The notes beneath the pieces were generated by a model. The model did no database searches, was not told where the DNA came from, and saw only the letters and a program-made list of their open reading frames with translations. Shown here one piece after another: positions 50,130-61,539 of a DNA stretch of 64,000 nucleotides. This DNA comes from Raillietiella orientalis (Eukaryota): assembly GCA_036172245.1 (NCBI GenBank), contig JAYWIR010000018.1, forward strand, positions 2,728,001 to 2,792,000. Direction: 5' to 3'. Position 1 is the first letter of the stretch. Every line of letters starts with the position of its first letter. The position numbers were made by a program, and so were the translations under genes.

Positions 50130-50800
50130 CGTTGGCGGCCGTGCGGTTGCGGTCTCCGCGCCTGGCACCGAGCGTCGCGTGTTCGAATCCCGCCCAGGGA
50201 AGGATCGACGCCGAGAATGGGGACTGCGTCGTGGGTTTCGAGTCCCTCCTGCAGAATGACACTGATTGCCCCACGAGCTTCGGGTGCGACACTGGTGGAA
50301 GCCGAAAACCCCTGGATGCCTCGTTGACTGACGTCTGGGATGGGAAGTTGACCCTCCGGGGTTCTTCCAGGAATCAAGGAACGACGGTTCGCTTCGGGGT
50401 ATCCCTCCGGTTATAAAAATGGGACCGTCCTTTTTCACTTCGGGGGGTGACCCTTGATCACGTACCATGGAGCTGGTGGATCGATATCTCTCGAGCTGCT
50501 CCCTTCGGGGAGCGATGCTTCAGAGAAATGGGGAAGCGTCCCTCCGGGGTTCTCTTCAAAGGCTTATGCCTCTGAAGAGAACGGATCCTTTCCATGGGGG
50601 CCCCCTTCCGAGAATAAATTCCCAAAGCAGATCCTCACTGTGTTCCCTTCGGAGAAGAAACAATGGAGTGGCCCCCTATGGGAATTCCTCCATAGAGAAT
50701 AAGGGAGAGTCTCCATTCGGGATTTCCTTCGGAGACAACCAGGGCGAGACTTCCCTTCGAGATTTCCCTACCAAGCGTAAGAGAGACGGACTCGTTCCTC
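50130..50800 (+). mobile_element. tRNA-headed SINE-like repeat, copy 3 (most complete)
   Basis: A-box-like TGGCGGCCGTGCGG, B box GTTCGAATCCC, shared body, and a tail with degenerate CCTTCGGG/CTCTTCA repeats plus TTCGGAGACAACCAGG shared with copy 4. Confidence 0.75.
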
Positions 50801-50879
50801 CGGAGCCTTCCAGGACTCACAGGATGGTCCCCTTCGGCTATCGCCCTGCTCGGCTGCAGGTGGCGGAAGGAGGTCAGGA

Positions 50880-52130
50880 GGTGTCAGGAGGATGGTGATG
50901 GGCCCGCCCGAGAGGCAGGAGGCTCCACGGCACCACCACCACCAGCGTCTGAGTTTTTGCGATGGCGTCCGAAGAAGTGCGATTCCTCAGGAGCAGCTCC
51001 TTTGGAGGATCTCGCCGGCTCCCTGCTGCTGTGGCTGCTGCTGCTGAGGTGGCCGCAGCCTCTGCGGCCACCTCTGCACATCGCGGAAAATCAACTCGAG
51101 GCGACGCAGCTCCGCGGTGGGCGCGTTCCTCTGCGCCGAAGCGTGGAGGCGACGTCCGAGGGGAGCCCCGGAGCGCCGCCCGTAAGATGGCGGGTGGCCG
51201 GGAGTCGGCAGCGCAAGGTTTTCCGGGAAAATCAGCGTAAGGTGAAGCCCGAGGGACCTTGAGGTTGCGCGGAGGGGACGCGCCCGCGCGTTGGGCCGTT
51301 CGCCAAGCTCGACAAACTCCTGATACTCCTGAGCGGGGAAGTCACGCGGGGCGCAGTCGTGGGCTGGGTGAGGACAGCCCGGAGGAAACCCGCTTTCCTG
51401 GAAACGGAATCTTGCCGTCATGGTTGGCAAGGGTACGGCACCACCCAGGGGCGAGTGCTGCTCTTGGCAGCTGCTTTCCCTGGCAAATCTTGCCATTGGA
51501 GGACATTACCACTGGTTAATAGAGCCGCCGACAAGTGCGACTGCTGAAGAAGTGTTGCTGGCGAAATACCGAAGCTCGCCAATGCTGTCGCTGGCGGATG
51601 CTGAGTTTGGCATGGCTTTCTTTCGCAGTTGGGTGCGGTCGAGCAATGCAGTTTCTGTTGACCACCGGCATTGTTGGCGAGTGTGGCTGCTGAAGAGCAT
51701 TGCTGCTGGCGAGCCGCATTGCCGATGCTGTGTGCACGCCGTTGCCGAACGCTTCGGGTCCGCGAACGCTGGTGAGGAATACCAAGACGTCGCCATTCGC
51801 AGCAGCAGCATCTGCTAGCGCTGCCTCTAGATGCTGCCTCGGCAAGCCGTGGCTCCAGAAAACGTCAGAGGTTGCTGACGACGCGCACCAACCTGCTCAG
51901 CCTCGCGCTCACCGTCGCTGGCTGATGTCGACGCGTGTGGGCCTGCACGCTCGGGTTGGGACCAACCGCATGCCGCTCGTGAATGTCGATGCTGGCAGTC
52001 GTCGGTAAATGGTCCGCACCTCACTGCGCGAACTTGCGTCTTCCGGCATCTTCCGAAGACGCTTTTGCATTTCTTCGTGGCAAAGCAGCGAATCCTTCAA
52101 ACGGCTGGCAGGAAAGGCGGTCGACGTTGG
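50880..52130 (-). mobile_element. Probable Tc1-like transposon remnant containing inverted repeat copy B (50880-51190)
   Basis: Homology to 45488-45800; upstream residues RKKAMP..RYFA..H and QW.NVL resemble the Tc1 N-terminal linker. Confidence 0.4.
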
Positions 52131-52599
52131 CTCGGTTACGACATGTCACTGCGCGCGCATGCAGCGCCTCCCTCTCGGCCGGAAATGTTGCCGTGGAAAA
52201 AGGAAGGAGGGGGGATTGAGCGAGGGAGGTCGATCTGAGACGGAGCGTCGGCGCATCCCCCCTTGCCGCAGGCACGCACCCACGTGCCGCTCTTGGTCCT
52301 CGTCCTCATGCGCACCCGCGGCACTCGATGTCCCCATCCACTGCGATTCCGAAGATGGCGACGAAGACGACGACGATGGCGAAGAGGAAGGGAGGAGGGA
52401 CTGTTTACATAGACGACTCGTTCCTTCCCCCCGTTCGGTTTGCTGATACCTCTTTCGAGAATGCAAAGTGAGACGAGGGATGGAGGAAGTTGGCATCCAC
52501 GTGGCACTCCGCGCGCCATTCGCTGTGGTCGCGGTGTGCTCGTCCGCACGTCAGCCGAAGACAGCACAGGGCCGTCTTCAAAGGCGTTCGCTGGGGACT

Positions 52600-53350
52600 G
52601 CAGAAAAGAGAAGCAGGCGGTTTCAAATGATCTTCCTCGCGATCACCTGGCTGAAGTTCATACTATGAAAGTAGGGAACAGAAGACTCCCAGGAGACTAC
52701 AATGGAAGCAGGTGTGGTAGGCGGGGCTGCTCTTGGAAGTGCATCAGGAACCGGCCTACATTTCGTTTCCCTCCGCATCTGAGCAGCCCGCCTCCTCTTT
52801 CTTCTCCATTGAAAACAGCCCTTTTTTTCCGGGCATTTTGGATTCCAGGAGTATTCAGGAAGAGCCGCTCCTGCGGGTGCTTCTGGTGGCCCCATTCGAG
52901 TTCCATGGGAGAAGAGAACTCCCTTTACTTCGGCGTAAGGTTTGCCGCGCACCCCGTGTTCCTACCGGAAATGAATGCCACTGACGTGTCATTCGGGAAG
53001 AGATCCAGGTATTATCTTTCAAGGAAGCGATCGCAGTGCTTTGGATGACCTTGCGAGATGCAGATCTCTTCCCTAACCTCTCCCTACTTCGACAGAAATC
53101 AATGGATTCAATGATTTCGCGGATGATTGAATGAATCCTTGAATCTTATAGGTGGAATCCGCGTAAATGAAAGGCCCCACTGGCAGGAAAGTGACCAAGG
53201 GCTCACCTCTTGGTGGTACAGATGCGTTCTCGTTCTTGCTAGGTGAAAAACAAACTTTTTTTCCATTGCCTTCCGAGAGAGGACGTGAGGCGGATCCTGG
53301 AAGATCGCTCGTGGAACGTACCTAAAATTCAAGGAGCTGCGAAGTCCCTG
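52600..53350 (+). mobile_element. Decayed DIRS-like RT fragment
   Basis: In order: VGNRRL (cf. VGGRL), PPPLS, RVLLVAP (cf. LFLVPK), TLRDAD (cf. DL.DAY), FADD* (cf. YLDDW). Confidence 0.55.
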
Positions 53351-53394
53351 CCAGAACATTCCCGTACAACGCTGCCGTCTGGTCCGCGTCGAAG

Positions 53395-53930
53395 GCCTGC
53401 GGCGCTGCGGTGTCCGCGAGTGGCACCAAACGTCGCGAGTTCCAATACTCGGAAGAAATCGACGCCGAGAGATGGGGGTGCATCATGGGTTCGAGTTCCT
53501 CCCGGAAGATGACGCTGGTTGGCCTGCATTCGGGTGCAGCACCGGTAGCGGCTCTAACCGGATGCCCCCGATGAGTAGCCAGGATTGAGAGTCGACCTTC
53601 CAGGAAACAGAATCAGGGAGTGTGAGTTCCCCTTCTGTTGTGCAACGTAGCGGACTCCCCTTGGGGAGGGATCCTGTGTCTCGAATCATGGAGCAGGTGG
53701 ATTGACGACAACTCTCCAGAGTGCAAAGAAGCACGACGCTTCCTTCGGGGTGCGCCCTTCTGAGATTTCGGAAGCGTCCCTTTAAGGTTTTTTTCAGAGG
53801 AGGAAAAAGGGAGCGGTTCCCTTGCGGGTTCCCTCCGGAGAAGTTCCAGGAACGGATCCTTTCCGAATTCTCTTCAGAGAAGAAAAATGTAGAGGATCTC
53901 TTCGGGATTTCTTTCGGAGACAACCAGGAG
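53395..53930 (+). mobile_element. tRNA-headed SINE-like repeat, copy 4
   Basis: ATCGACGCCGAGAGATGGGGGTGCATCATGGGTTCGAGTTCCTCC..GATGACGCTGGTTGGCC; ends with TTCGGAGACAACCAGG. Confidence 0.7.
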
Positions 53931-54699
53931 TGAGTGGAATGGAACTGCGCTATTCGACTGCCCAGTTCTTGCCTGATGTCCTCTGCAGCGGTTGTGCGAA
54001 GGGCCTTGGGTGTGAGGGCTCAGGCAGATCCGAAGGATACTTGGCGTCAGTGACGCAAGCAGTGACACCGCAACGGCAAAGAGCGGGAACTTTCCTGAGG
54101 ACCGATGTGTCTCGCAGACGATCCGGAGTCGCAGCAAACCCAGTGCTTGATGTCGCTTCCACGGAGGATCAGAATTGAAGGATTCGAGCTGGAAGGCGTC
54201 GGTGGCTTCTAGAACCAATCCAGGAATACGTCCCCTCTTTGGCCAATTCTGGTTCCTGGAAAGGACCCTTTGTTGGTTCGAATCGGCGCAGCAATTCCTT
54301 CTATTTTATCAACTGAAGCGCCAATCTTGAAGACAGGATTCACCGTTAATTTGGTGGATGAGCCACATTCGAGTGGACGGAGCAAACTCCATCCGAATCT
54401 TCACATTTCGCATGGGTCGACCAGCATCCGTCAGAGGAACGTCGAAAAGAGCGGGTGCGAACGAAAGCAGAAGAAAAGAAAACCTACTGCTTGGGTTGCA
54501 GAAGAAGGGTTGGCGACCCTCCAGCATCAAAGCCGGTCGGAGTTTCCTGCTTGCGTCCGCAAACTTCCAGAACAACCTCCAGCCGGCAAGCACACTCGAC
54601 TCGAAAAGTTGGTGTGGAAAACTGCCGTTTCATCCCAAATTGTAGTGACGCAGGAGGTCATTCGATGGGAGGGTCAAGCAGCTGGCGGGCCGGCCCGGG

Positions 54700-55260
54700 C
54701 CGCTTCTCTCATCGACTCGCCCACTGGGCCATTCCGTCACAAGAACGGACTTTGCCTGGTTGGTGGCCCATTCTGCGCTTACCGGGATCGCACGCGCATC
54801 CAGTGCCCCGGGGACATGTACCGTAAGCAGTACGGAAGGAGTCGCCGACCGGACGAAGCCCCTCTCCTTAGGGGATTTTCCGGAGTAAAGGCGGGCTCTG
54901 TGGTCCTTGGCATTTGCCGCCCTTCTTGCGTTCCGCGTCTTTCGGAGCCCTGGTGGGCTGCTTGAGCGGAGGCTCACGCCTGCTACGGAACTTTCCGGGT
55001 GCCGGGTTCCCTGCTGGACTCCTCCTCCACCCTCGCTCTTTGCTGCCAGAAGAGCCGGCCGGGACACCCTGCTGATGCTCTGGGATCTGCTCTGAAGCGA
55101 GGAACAGACTGGCGGCCACCGCAGGGAGCATCGTCGTCGAGGAACGCTCCCGCCCGCTGCGGTGCAGTGGGAGGAACCTGCGCCTCGCGTGCTGAAGAAA
55201 CGCTCCCGATGTGGCTGCAGCAACGGGAGGGGACATTCGAGCGCCCTCCCCCCGTTCCAT
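54700..55260 (+). mobile_element. Decayed LINE RT fragment of the same family as 59062-61100
   Basis: About 54998-55125 aligns by eye with the reverse complement of about 60915-61042 (GCRVPCWTPPPPSLF..TLLMLWDLL versus RCRASCWTPPSPPLF..TLPMLWGLL). Confidence 0.65.
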
Positions 55261-55699
55261 GCTGATCGACTCGTCAGTTTAGCTCTTTCGTTGCCTCCTC
55301 CTCTTTGCTGGCCATCCTCTGCCGCGCGTGCGAGCCACGGTGGCGTCCTAAATGGAAGGTCCGCACCTGCTCACGCCGGGACGTTTATTTAATGTACCCC
55401 AAGTCGGAGGAGAGCAACGTCCCCTGAATACAAGAGATGCCCGAAAAAAAGAAAGGAGGTTCGTTGAGAATGACCACTGGCACTCAGGATGGCTTCTAAA
55501 AAAGTAGGGAGCGGAGGAGGGGACAATGAATAAAGTAAAAGAAAAAAGGAAAGGAGTATAGGGACAGGGATCTCTGTTGTCAAACGTTCCTTTCTTCCTA
55601 AAAGCGGCTGCTCGTAGTGGCGACCTCTCTGATGACTCTTCTGCAGGTGAGGCCACTGTGCAGTCGCTCTCATCGAGGCAGTTGTCACTCTGGTGGCCT

Positions 55700-56300
55700 C
55701 CCTTCGCTGCGAGCGAGAATCCGTCACGGGGCAGACCGACACCTTGGCCCGCGGATGCAGCGTCTCGTTGCAATGACGGCGCCCGCTGCAGCGAAGGGGG
55801 TGGCTGGTGGATCAGCCAACATAGTCAGCTGACTACTCACTGCATCCAGTGTTCTTCCGCTGTTCTTCTGAAACTCTCGGCAGCGGGTAACTTCCGACGG
55901 GGTCCGAGTGATCTGGTCCCACGTCCTCACTTTCTCTTGCCGCCAGGCAAGAGTGTTCGCAGGGCGGAAGGAAATCCACGCGCTTGCCGCCAGTCCGAAG
56001 CCGATGGTATCCTCCTGGAGGTCACGGCCTGCCGAAGAGTCTCTTCCGAATGCCTCCGCGAGGAGCGTTGCAGTGCAACCTCGAAATGGAAGGAGGCCGT
56101 GACAGCCGCCGTCCGGATCCGGTCTCAACCCGGAGTCGCTTCTTAGGGAGGGATGAGGGAGGAAAGAACGCTCCAGTTCTCACTCTTTGAGGGCGGCCCT
56201 CTTGACCCATCCCAGGTTTTTGTCCCGCCATTTCATGATCACCGTTTGGCGGCTGGTGTGGCGGCTCCTGTCTTCTACTCAATGGGCTAGTCCCACCTCT
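55700..56300 (-). mobile_element. Possible DIRS-like RNase H fragment
   Basis: RPDPDGGCH resembles CDPEPDGCH at about 47150; also LLAEA and PANTLA (cf. N.LAD). Confidence 0.35.
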
Positions 56301-57899
56301 GAAGGGCAATGCGTGTTCGGTCACGGACAAACCGAAGGAAAGACATCTTCTCAGCATTCTTCCAGCCGATGTCTTCCTCTCCTCCCCCCCTTTGTATTCA
56401 ATAGATCCTGTCATTACCCAACCTGGGTAAACAACGTATACCATGTGGTGCTGCATCTTTCAGCACATCGTGTATGTGTTTCTGTGTCTGCTTCCTCAGC
56501 TGCTTCAGCATTTCGTCTCAACTATCCCAAAGTTCCTAACATTAATCCTTTTACTGTGGCGGACATTTACTGGGAATGAAGAGGAGAGCCAGTTTCCATT
56601 TTTTCTCTCTGTTGTTCCTGTCTTGTCTCTCCCAGTGCTGCTGAGGAGTGACTGCAGCGAGGGCGGCGATTATTCCTCAGCAGCACTGGCAGGGTGAATG
56701 GTCTCCATGCTCCTTTCTGCGCCACGTCCCCACCTTCGAATTGATTCCCGGGTTGGCAGCTATAGACTCTACTCTCTTTCACGTCTTTCCTGTTTTCTCA
56801 GGCGCTTCGGTGACCACACTTCGGTCGTGAATGCATCTGTTGAGATTTGTCCCAAGAATTCCTACCGTCTTTTTCATCTTCTGCGGGGTCCTGGTAGGCA
56901 GTGGCCTTGCCAGAGGGGTCTGGAGTCGCGCCGAATGTAAAAATCTGCAACCTGCGCACCGAAGTCATCCGCCATTGAACAGGCGTTGACTTCAAGCTCG
57001 ATGTTGCCCAATGATTCTTTAAAGCCTGATGCTGAGCATCTGGTTGCGGCCATCCTTTGGCCCTTTGCAACGGGGCTGTCCATACTCTCTTTTGTTGAGT
57101 TGTTCTTAGGCTTGAGGTGATTTTCCGATGCGGGTCATATGTGTACTCGCCGAATGCTCTTTTCCAAACGTCCACTTCATGCTTCATGACACTTGCCTTT
57201 CCACATTCCAGATGCTCAGTAAATCAATTCAGGGTCCTCTTTGCATCAATCGGTGTCTGAAAACATAAATTTACCCAAGTCTCCATTGATTGGTCCTCTT
57301 TCTTTCTACCATCTGTAGCCTCCTCTAGGATAGATCGTGTACTCTGGTGTAGATCATGACTGTCCTTTGTTCTCAGGAATCCACGAACTTTTCCCATTAA
57401 TTGGGTCGCTGGTCTCTCGGAGTCACCCCATACTGGGGTCCCTAGCATGGCTCAGTCCTGAAGTCCTATTCTTTTGTCTACGAACTGCTGCGAAAGGTTA
57501 CTTCTTGCAGGTAACGTCATGGTCTTGTTTTCTTTTCAGGCTAAGCTGTCGCATTTTCTTATATGGCATGATTTACCTTTCCTGATTGCTTCCCTGTTTG
57601 GGTTACAATTAATTCCACTTCCAAAAATCTGTTTAACATGCAGGCTCTCAGATAGGTGGCGTACCAAGCTGATAGGAACGATTTGTAGTTGGAGAGAGAA
57701 AACACAAAACATGAACAGGATGATTCTACATCATCTTACAATTCTTCCACCTTTTCTTATCACGGGATTATATCTAACAAATCTCAGGAAGAAGATGCCT
57801 ATGGTCGTCTTCGTTGTCGTGATCTTTCGTGATGAGTTTGACACCAACAGGCTGCGCAACCATGCCTGTTTCATCTAGATTTAGTAACCGGGGGTAAAC

Positions 57900-58700
57900 G
57901 TCACATGGCAGTCATCTTAAGCGGTGGGGCCATTGAATATCATCAGTGCAGGGGATATTTGAGACAACAGCCAGATGCCTCAGTTTCTCCGCATGCAGTT
58001 ACAAGTCACCAGCATCTTTCAGGACTGCGTCTTTCCCGAGTTTCCCAACGAAAGGCTTCCGAACCAACAAAGAAGGCAGGCATCTTCATCTCCTTGCTAT
58101 TTTTAGTGGTAGTAGGCAGGCAACTTTCGTGTAGCTCTGTTCTTTTGAGGAACAGGAAGAACTGAATGTCTCCTCACTATTCTCAGACAGGCAAGGAGCA
58201 TCCAGCGCTTACCCGTATCGCCTTCCAACCTTCCTTCACTACGGGATCGGACCTCAAGGAAGAACAGGGAATCGCTCAACCTGGTACGCATTCCCACCAT
58301 CTGGTGGTCGAAACACCGTGTCGTTGGGACAGCCCTGGTTTGTCCTCTCCGAAACGAAATTCCCCCAAAACGCAGCAATTGTAGAGGGTGTTCGTGCTCT
58401 TCGCGCGGTCCACTCTGCTCGCTCTGATGCTCTCTTGTTTGAGGATTTCACTTGAGGATTGTCATGGATTCCCCATGAGGATTTGCGAGCCTCCGCTGTC
58501 ACGCTTGCGAAGCCCTGAATCTCTCCAAAAGCACCTTATTTGGCTCGTGCAACAGATAAAGGAAACAAAAACCCAGACAAATTTTTTTAGTCGCTCTCTC
58601 CCTCGATATCTTTCTTTCTTTCTTTCTTTGCTTGGAACTCTTTTCATTCCTTCTAGGACGTGCCTCCGAGTGCTTCGCATGTAATTCGAATTCGGAATTC
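57900..58700 (+). mobile_element. Possible DIRS-like RNase H/MT fragment
   Basis: Weak residues (IAFQP, IPTIWW); heavily degenerate. Confidence 0.25.
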
Positions 58701-59061
58701 ATGCAGCAGTTTGCTTGCGTCCAGATCGAAGCATGTGGAAGGGTCATTTGATCTCTTCATTGAACTCGAATCCATTAAGGACACTCGGTGGCCGGGACTC
58801 AACAAGAAAAATCAAAGAGCAAGCGTGTGCAAAAGCCGGGAGCGGGTCGCTGCGAGGTTCGAGTCAGCCTGACCACAGTCGACCTCGGGCTGCCTCGAAC
58901 CTCGCAGACCGGGCCGTGGCAACGCCCTTCGCGTCCGAGCGCGGCGACCGCGAACGGCTCGCCAGGATGGCAGCCGCGCTTCTCGTCCGCTCCGACGACC
59001 AGTCGTGACTCGCACGCGTGGCACAGAGTGGCCGACGACGAGGCGGCGATGCCACCCGGAT

Positions 59062-61100
59062 ACGCCGGGACGTTTATTAAAAACATTTCTACAGTCAATA
59101 CAGAACGTGGTACAAGGCCCCACTGACGGCCACGCAATACCGGAACTGCCGGGACACCGGGACGCAGCCCGGTGTGGCTCTCCTCGGCAGTGGAGGAAGA
59201 TGGGGGAGAGAACAAAAATAAAATAAAAAGAGAAAAACAAACAACAAAAGGAGTTTGGAGGGCCGGGAAGGGATCACAGACAACTGCTGGGAGTGCCCAT
59301 CCTTTGCAGGATGCCTTCGAGTTCCATTTTCATTTTTCCCAGATGGGACCATCGGGTAGCTCTCTGCAGGAAGCGAACAGCATACTCGATGACGTCCCTC
59401 ACGATGCAGTCTTCATCTTCGGCATCACTCCAGGCCGCCACGATACCACGAATGCAGCAAAGTGCTGCCAGGGCTGCGGCTGGACTGAGGGCGTCCCGCA
59501 CGAAGACAAGACTGTAAACGGATCTAACGTTGCCATTATCCGGTATCCCAAGGGCCGTTTTAAGACGATCCCAAAGAATCCGGACGGCAGGGCAATCAAC
59601 TAAGAGGTATGGGAGCGACTCCCGCTCCCCACACCTAGCACACGCAGGATTTACTCTTCCCCGCGTCCAGTGGAAGCGGCGCGCGTTGCAGGGTAGACCC
59701 CAATGCAGCCACAGAAGCGCCGATTCTTGCCACTTCAGGGGAAGAATCCTGGATCCAAGTAGAACCGGGGGCCACTTCAGGTCATCCAATCGAATGCCGA
59801 ACAGCTCGCCCCATCTTCTTAATCCACGCGGCTGGAGACTAGGGGTCGTCGCATCTGTCAACTCTCCCATGGTCCAGCCGCTCATCATCTCTCTGCCTGC
59901 GATACGGCAGCAGACTTGCCACCTTGGCTTCCGGCTTTCGTGAAGCGCCCTTTGGAGGAAGGGCATCGCCGTAACAAGGGGTGTCCCTTCCGCCCACGTG
60001 CAACTCGGTGGAAATTCAAGAATTTCACGCAGAGTTCGGCGGGCGTAAAAGCCGACTCGCAGGCAGTTCATTGGGTCTTCGCACCTCTGGTTCTGCTTGG
60101 CCCAGGTGCCAGCAGTCTCCTCCAGCCAAGCGGAGGAGTTGGCGGGGCCACAAACCATCCAGTCGTTCTCCTTCGCCAGGGTTGCCATGCGGCCGAGCAG
60201 TAGACCGCATCTTCGAATCTTCCGGCCAGGGCACAGAAGAAACGATGCGAGTCCTTCGCAGCGGGACACACGCCTGGCCAGGAGGCAGGCCGGAATGCAC
60301 CAAGCGGTGCTCCACATCTTCGCTGCGATGGCGAGGGTTCGCCATCGCAGCTGGATTTCCACGCGCTCCAGCGTCAGGATGCTGAGACCGCCGTCCCGAC
60401 GCGGAGCGCACAAGTCCTTCAAAGGGACTCGGGGCCTCCCCTTGCCCCAAAGGGCTATGCGGAGGAGGTCCTTCGTCCGCTTTTTAGATTCCACGGGGGC
60501 GGGGCAAACAAAAAGCAAGGGGCGGAGGATGGGGGCCGCGAAGACGTTCCAAACCGCGGCCCGTTCTGTCAAGTGAAACTTGCCTTCCAGGAACGGGCCG
60601 ATCGCCGTCTCGACTTTTTGGAGGCAGCTGGACCACGCTTCCGCAGGGGAGAAGTCCCCCAACGGCACACCAAGGTACTTGATGCACCTCACTGTGGGGA
60701 TCCCCAGACGGACCCAGTCCTGCTGCCCTGCCCACGCCACGACGAGGCGGCGGAGGAGGAGGCAACGAGAGAGGCGACCGTCCGTCCGAGCAGAGGAGCT
60801 CCAACGTGGAAGGAAGAGGCGCTGGAGTGTTTTCTTGCTGCTGAGGCTGCATCGGCAGCGTTCCCATTGACATGCAGCGGGCGGGCGCGTTCTTTGGAGA
60901 TCCTCCCCGATGGTGCGCGGTGGCCGTTAGTCTGTTCCTCTCTTCCGAGCAGACCCCAGAGCATCGGCAGGGTTACTCGTCCGGACCTGCTAGCACCAAA
61001 GAGCGGGGGCGAAGGTGGCGTCCAGCAGGAAGCCCGGCACCTGGCAATCCTCTCGCGGGATGGGGAGAAAGGGCGCTGAGCAGAACCCTCGGGAATGGCT
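59062..61100 (-). mobile_element. 5'-truncated L1/Tx1-like non-LTR retrotransposon
   Basis: Frameshifted RT region (about 60740-61080), then the open ORF 59274-60740, a 3' UTR, and AATAAA at 59073-59078 (minus strand). Confidence 0.85.
59274..60740 (-). pseudogene. LINE ORF2 C-terminal part (RT thumb plus zf-RVT-like zinc finger)
   Basis: 488-codon open frame with IKYLGVPL, LWGKGRPRV..LCAPRRDGGL, WLHWGLP and CARCGERESLPYLLVDCP (the CCHC His is replaced by Tyr). No intact YADD upstream. Confidence 0.85.
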
Positions 61101-61138
61101 CGGTGCGTCACGGCCGAAGACACCTCGTTGTCCATGCT

Positions 61139-61182
61139 GCGGTGGAACCACGTTATACGGACCCACGTTATACGGGGATCCG
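61139..61182 (+). repeat. Pogo/Tigger-like terminal remnant
   Basis: CGGTGGAACCACGTTATACGGACCCACGTTATACGG, with tandem CCACGTTATACGG. The related CGTTATACG motif recurs at about 36464, 36845 and 36874. Confidence 0.35.
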
Positions 61183-61539
61183 TTGCATTCCATTTCTTCT
61201 GCTTTCTCCGTTTAGATGATGATTTCCATGTTATAGTTGGTGCTTGATGTCTTACCACATTTGTTTCTTCACTTGGTGCTTGTTCGTCCTCCTGTGTAGA
61301 TCATGCTGGTTTATCTTCACCGTAGACAGTTTTGAAAATGTTGACCCATAGGGACCTAGGGGCACAGTGCTTCTTTCAAACGACGCTGCATTCTTCATGG
61401 GGAAGCGAATGCAGGCACTACCGACTCCCGTGAGGACTTCGGAAATTCCCTGCCTTGAGCTACACGGGGAAAGTGGAACCAACGAAAGAGATGTCAGAGG
61501 TGCACTCACGGTAGAAAGGGAGGAAGAGTCCGGAAGACT

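Noticed and set aside
50130..50200. Additional tRNA gene
   Set aside because: It has a B box but no complete cloverleaf, and it continues into the repeat body, so it is called a SINE head.
49503..50259. Asp/Ala-rich or Met/Val-rich protein
   Set aside because: Explained by the compound trinucleotide tract and flanking repeats.
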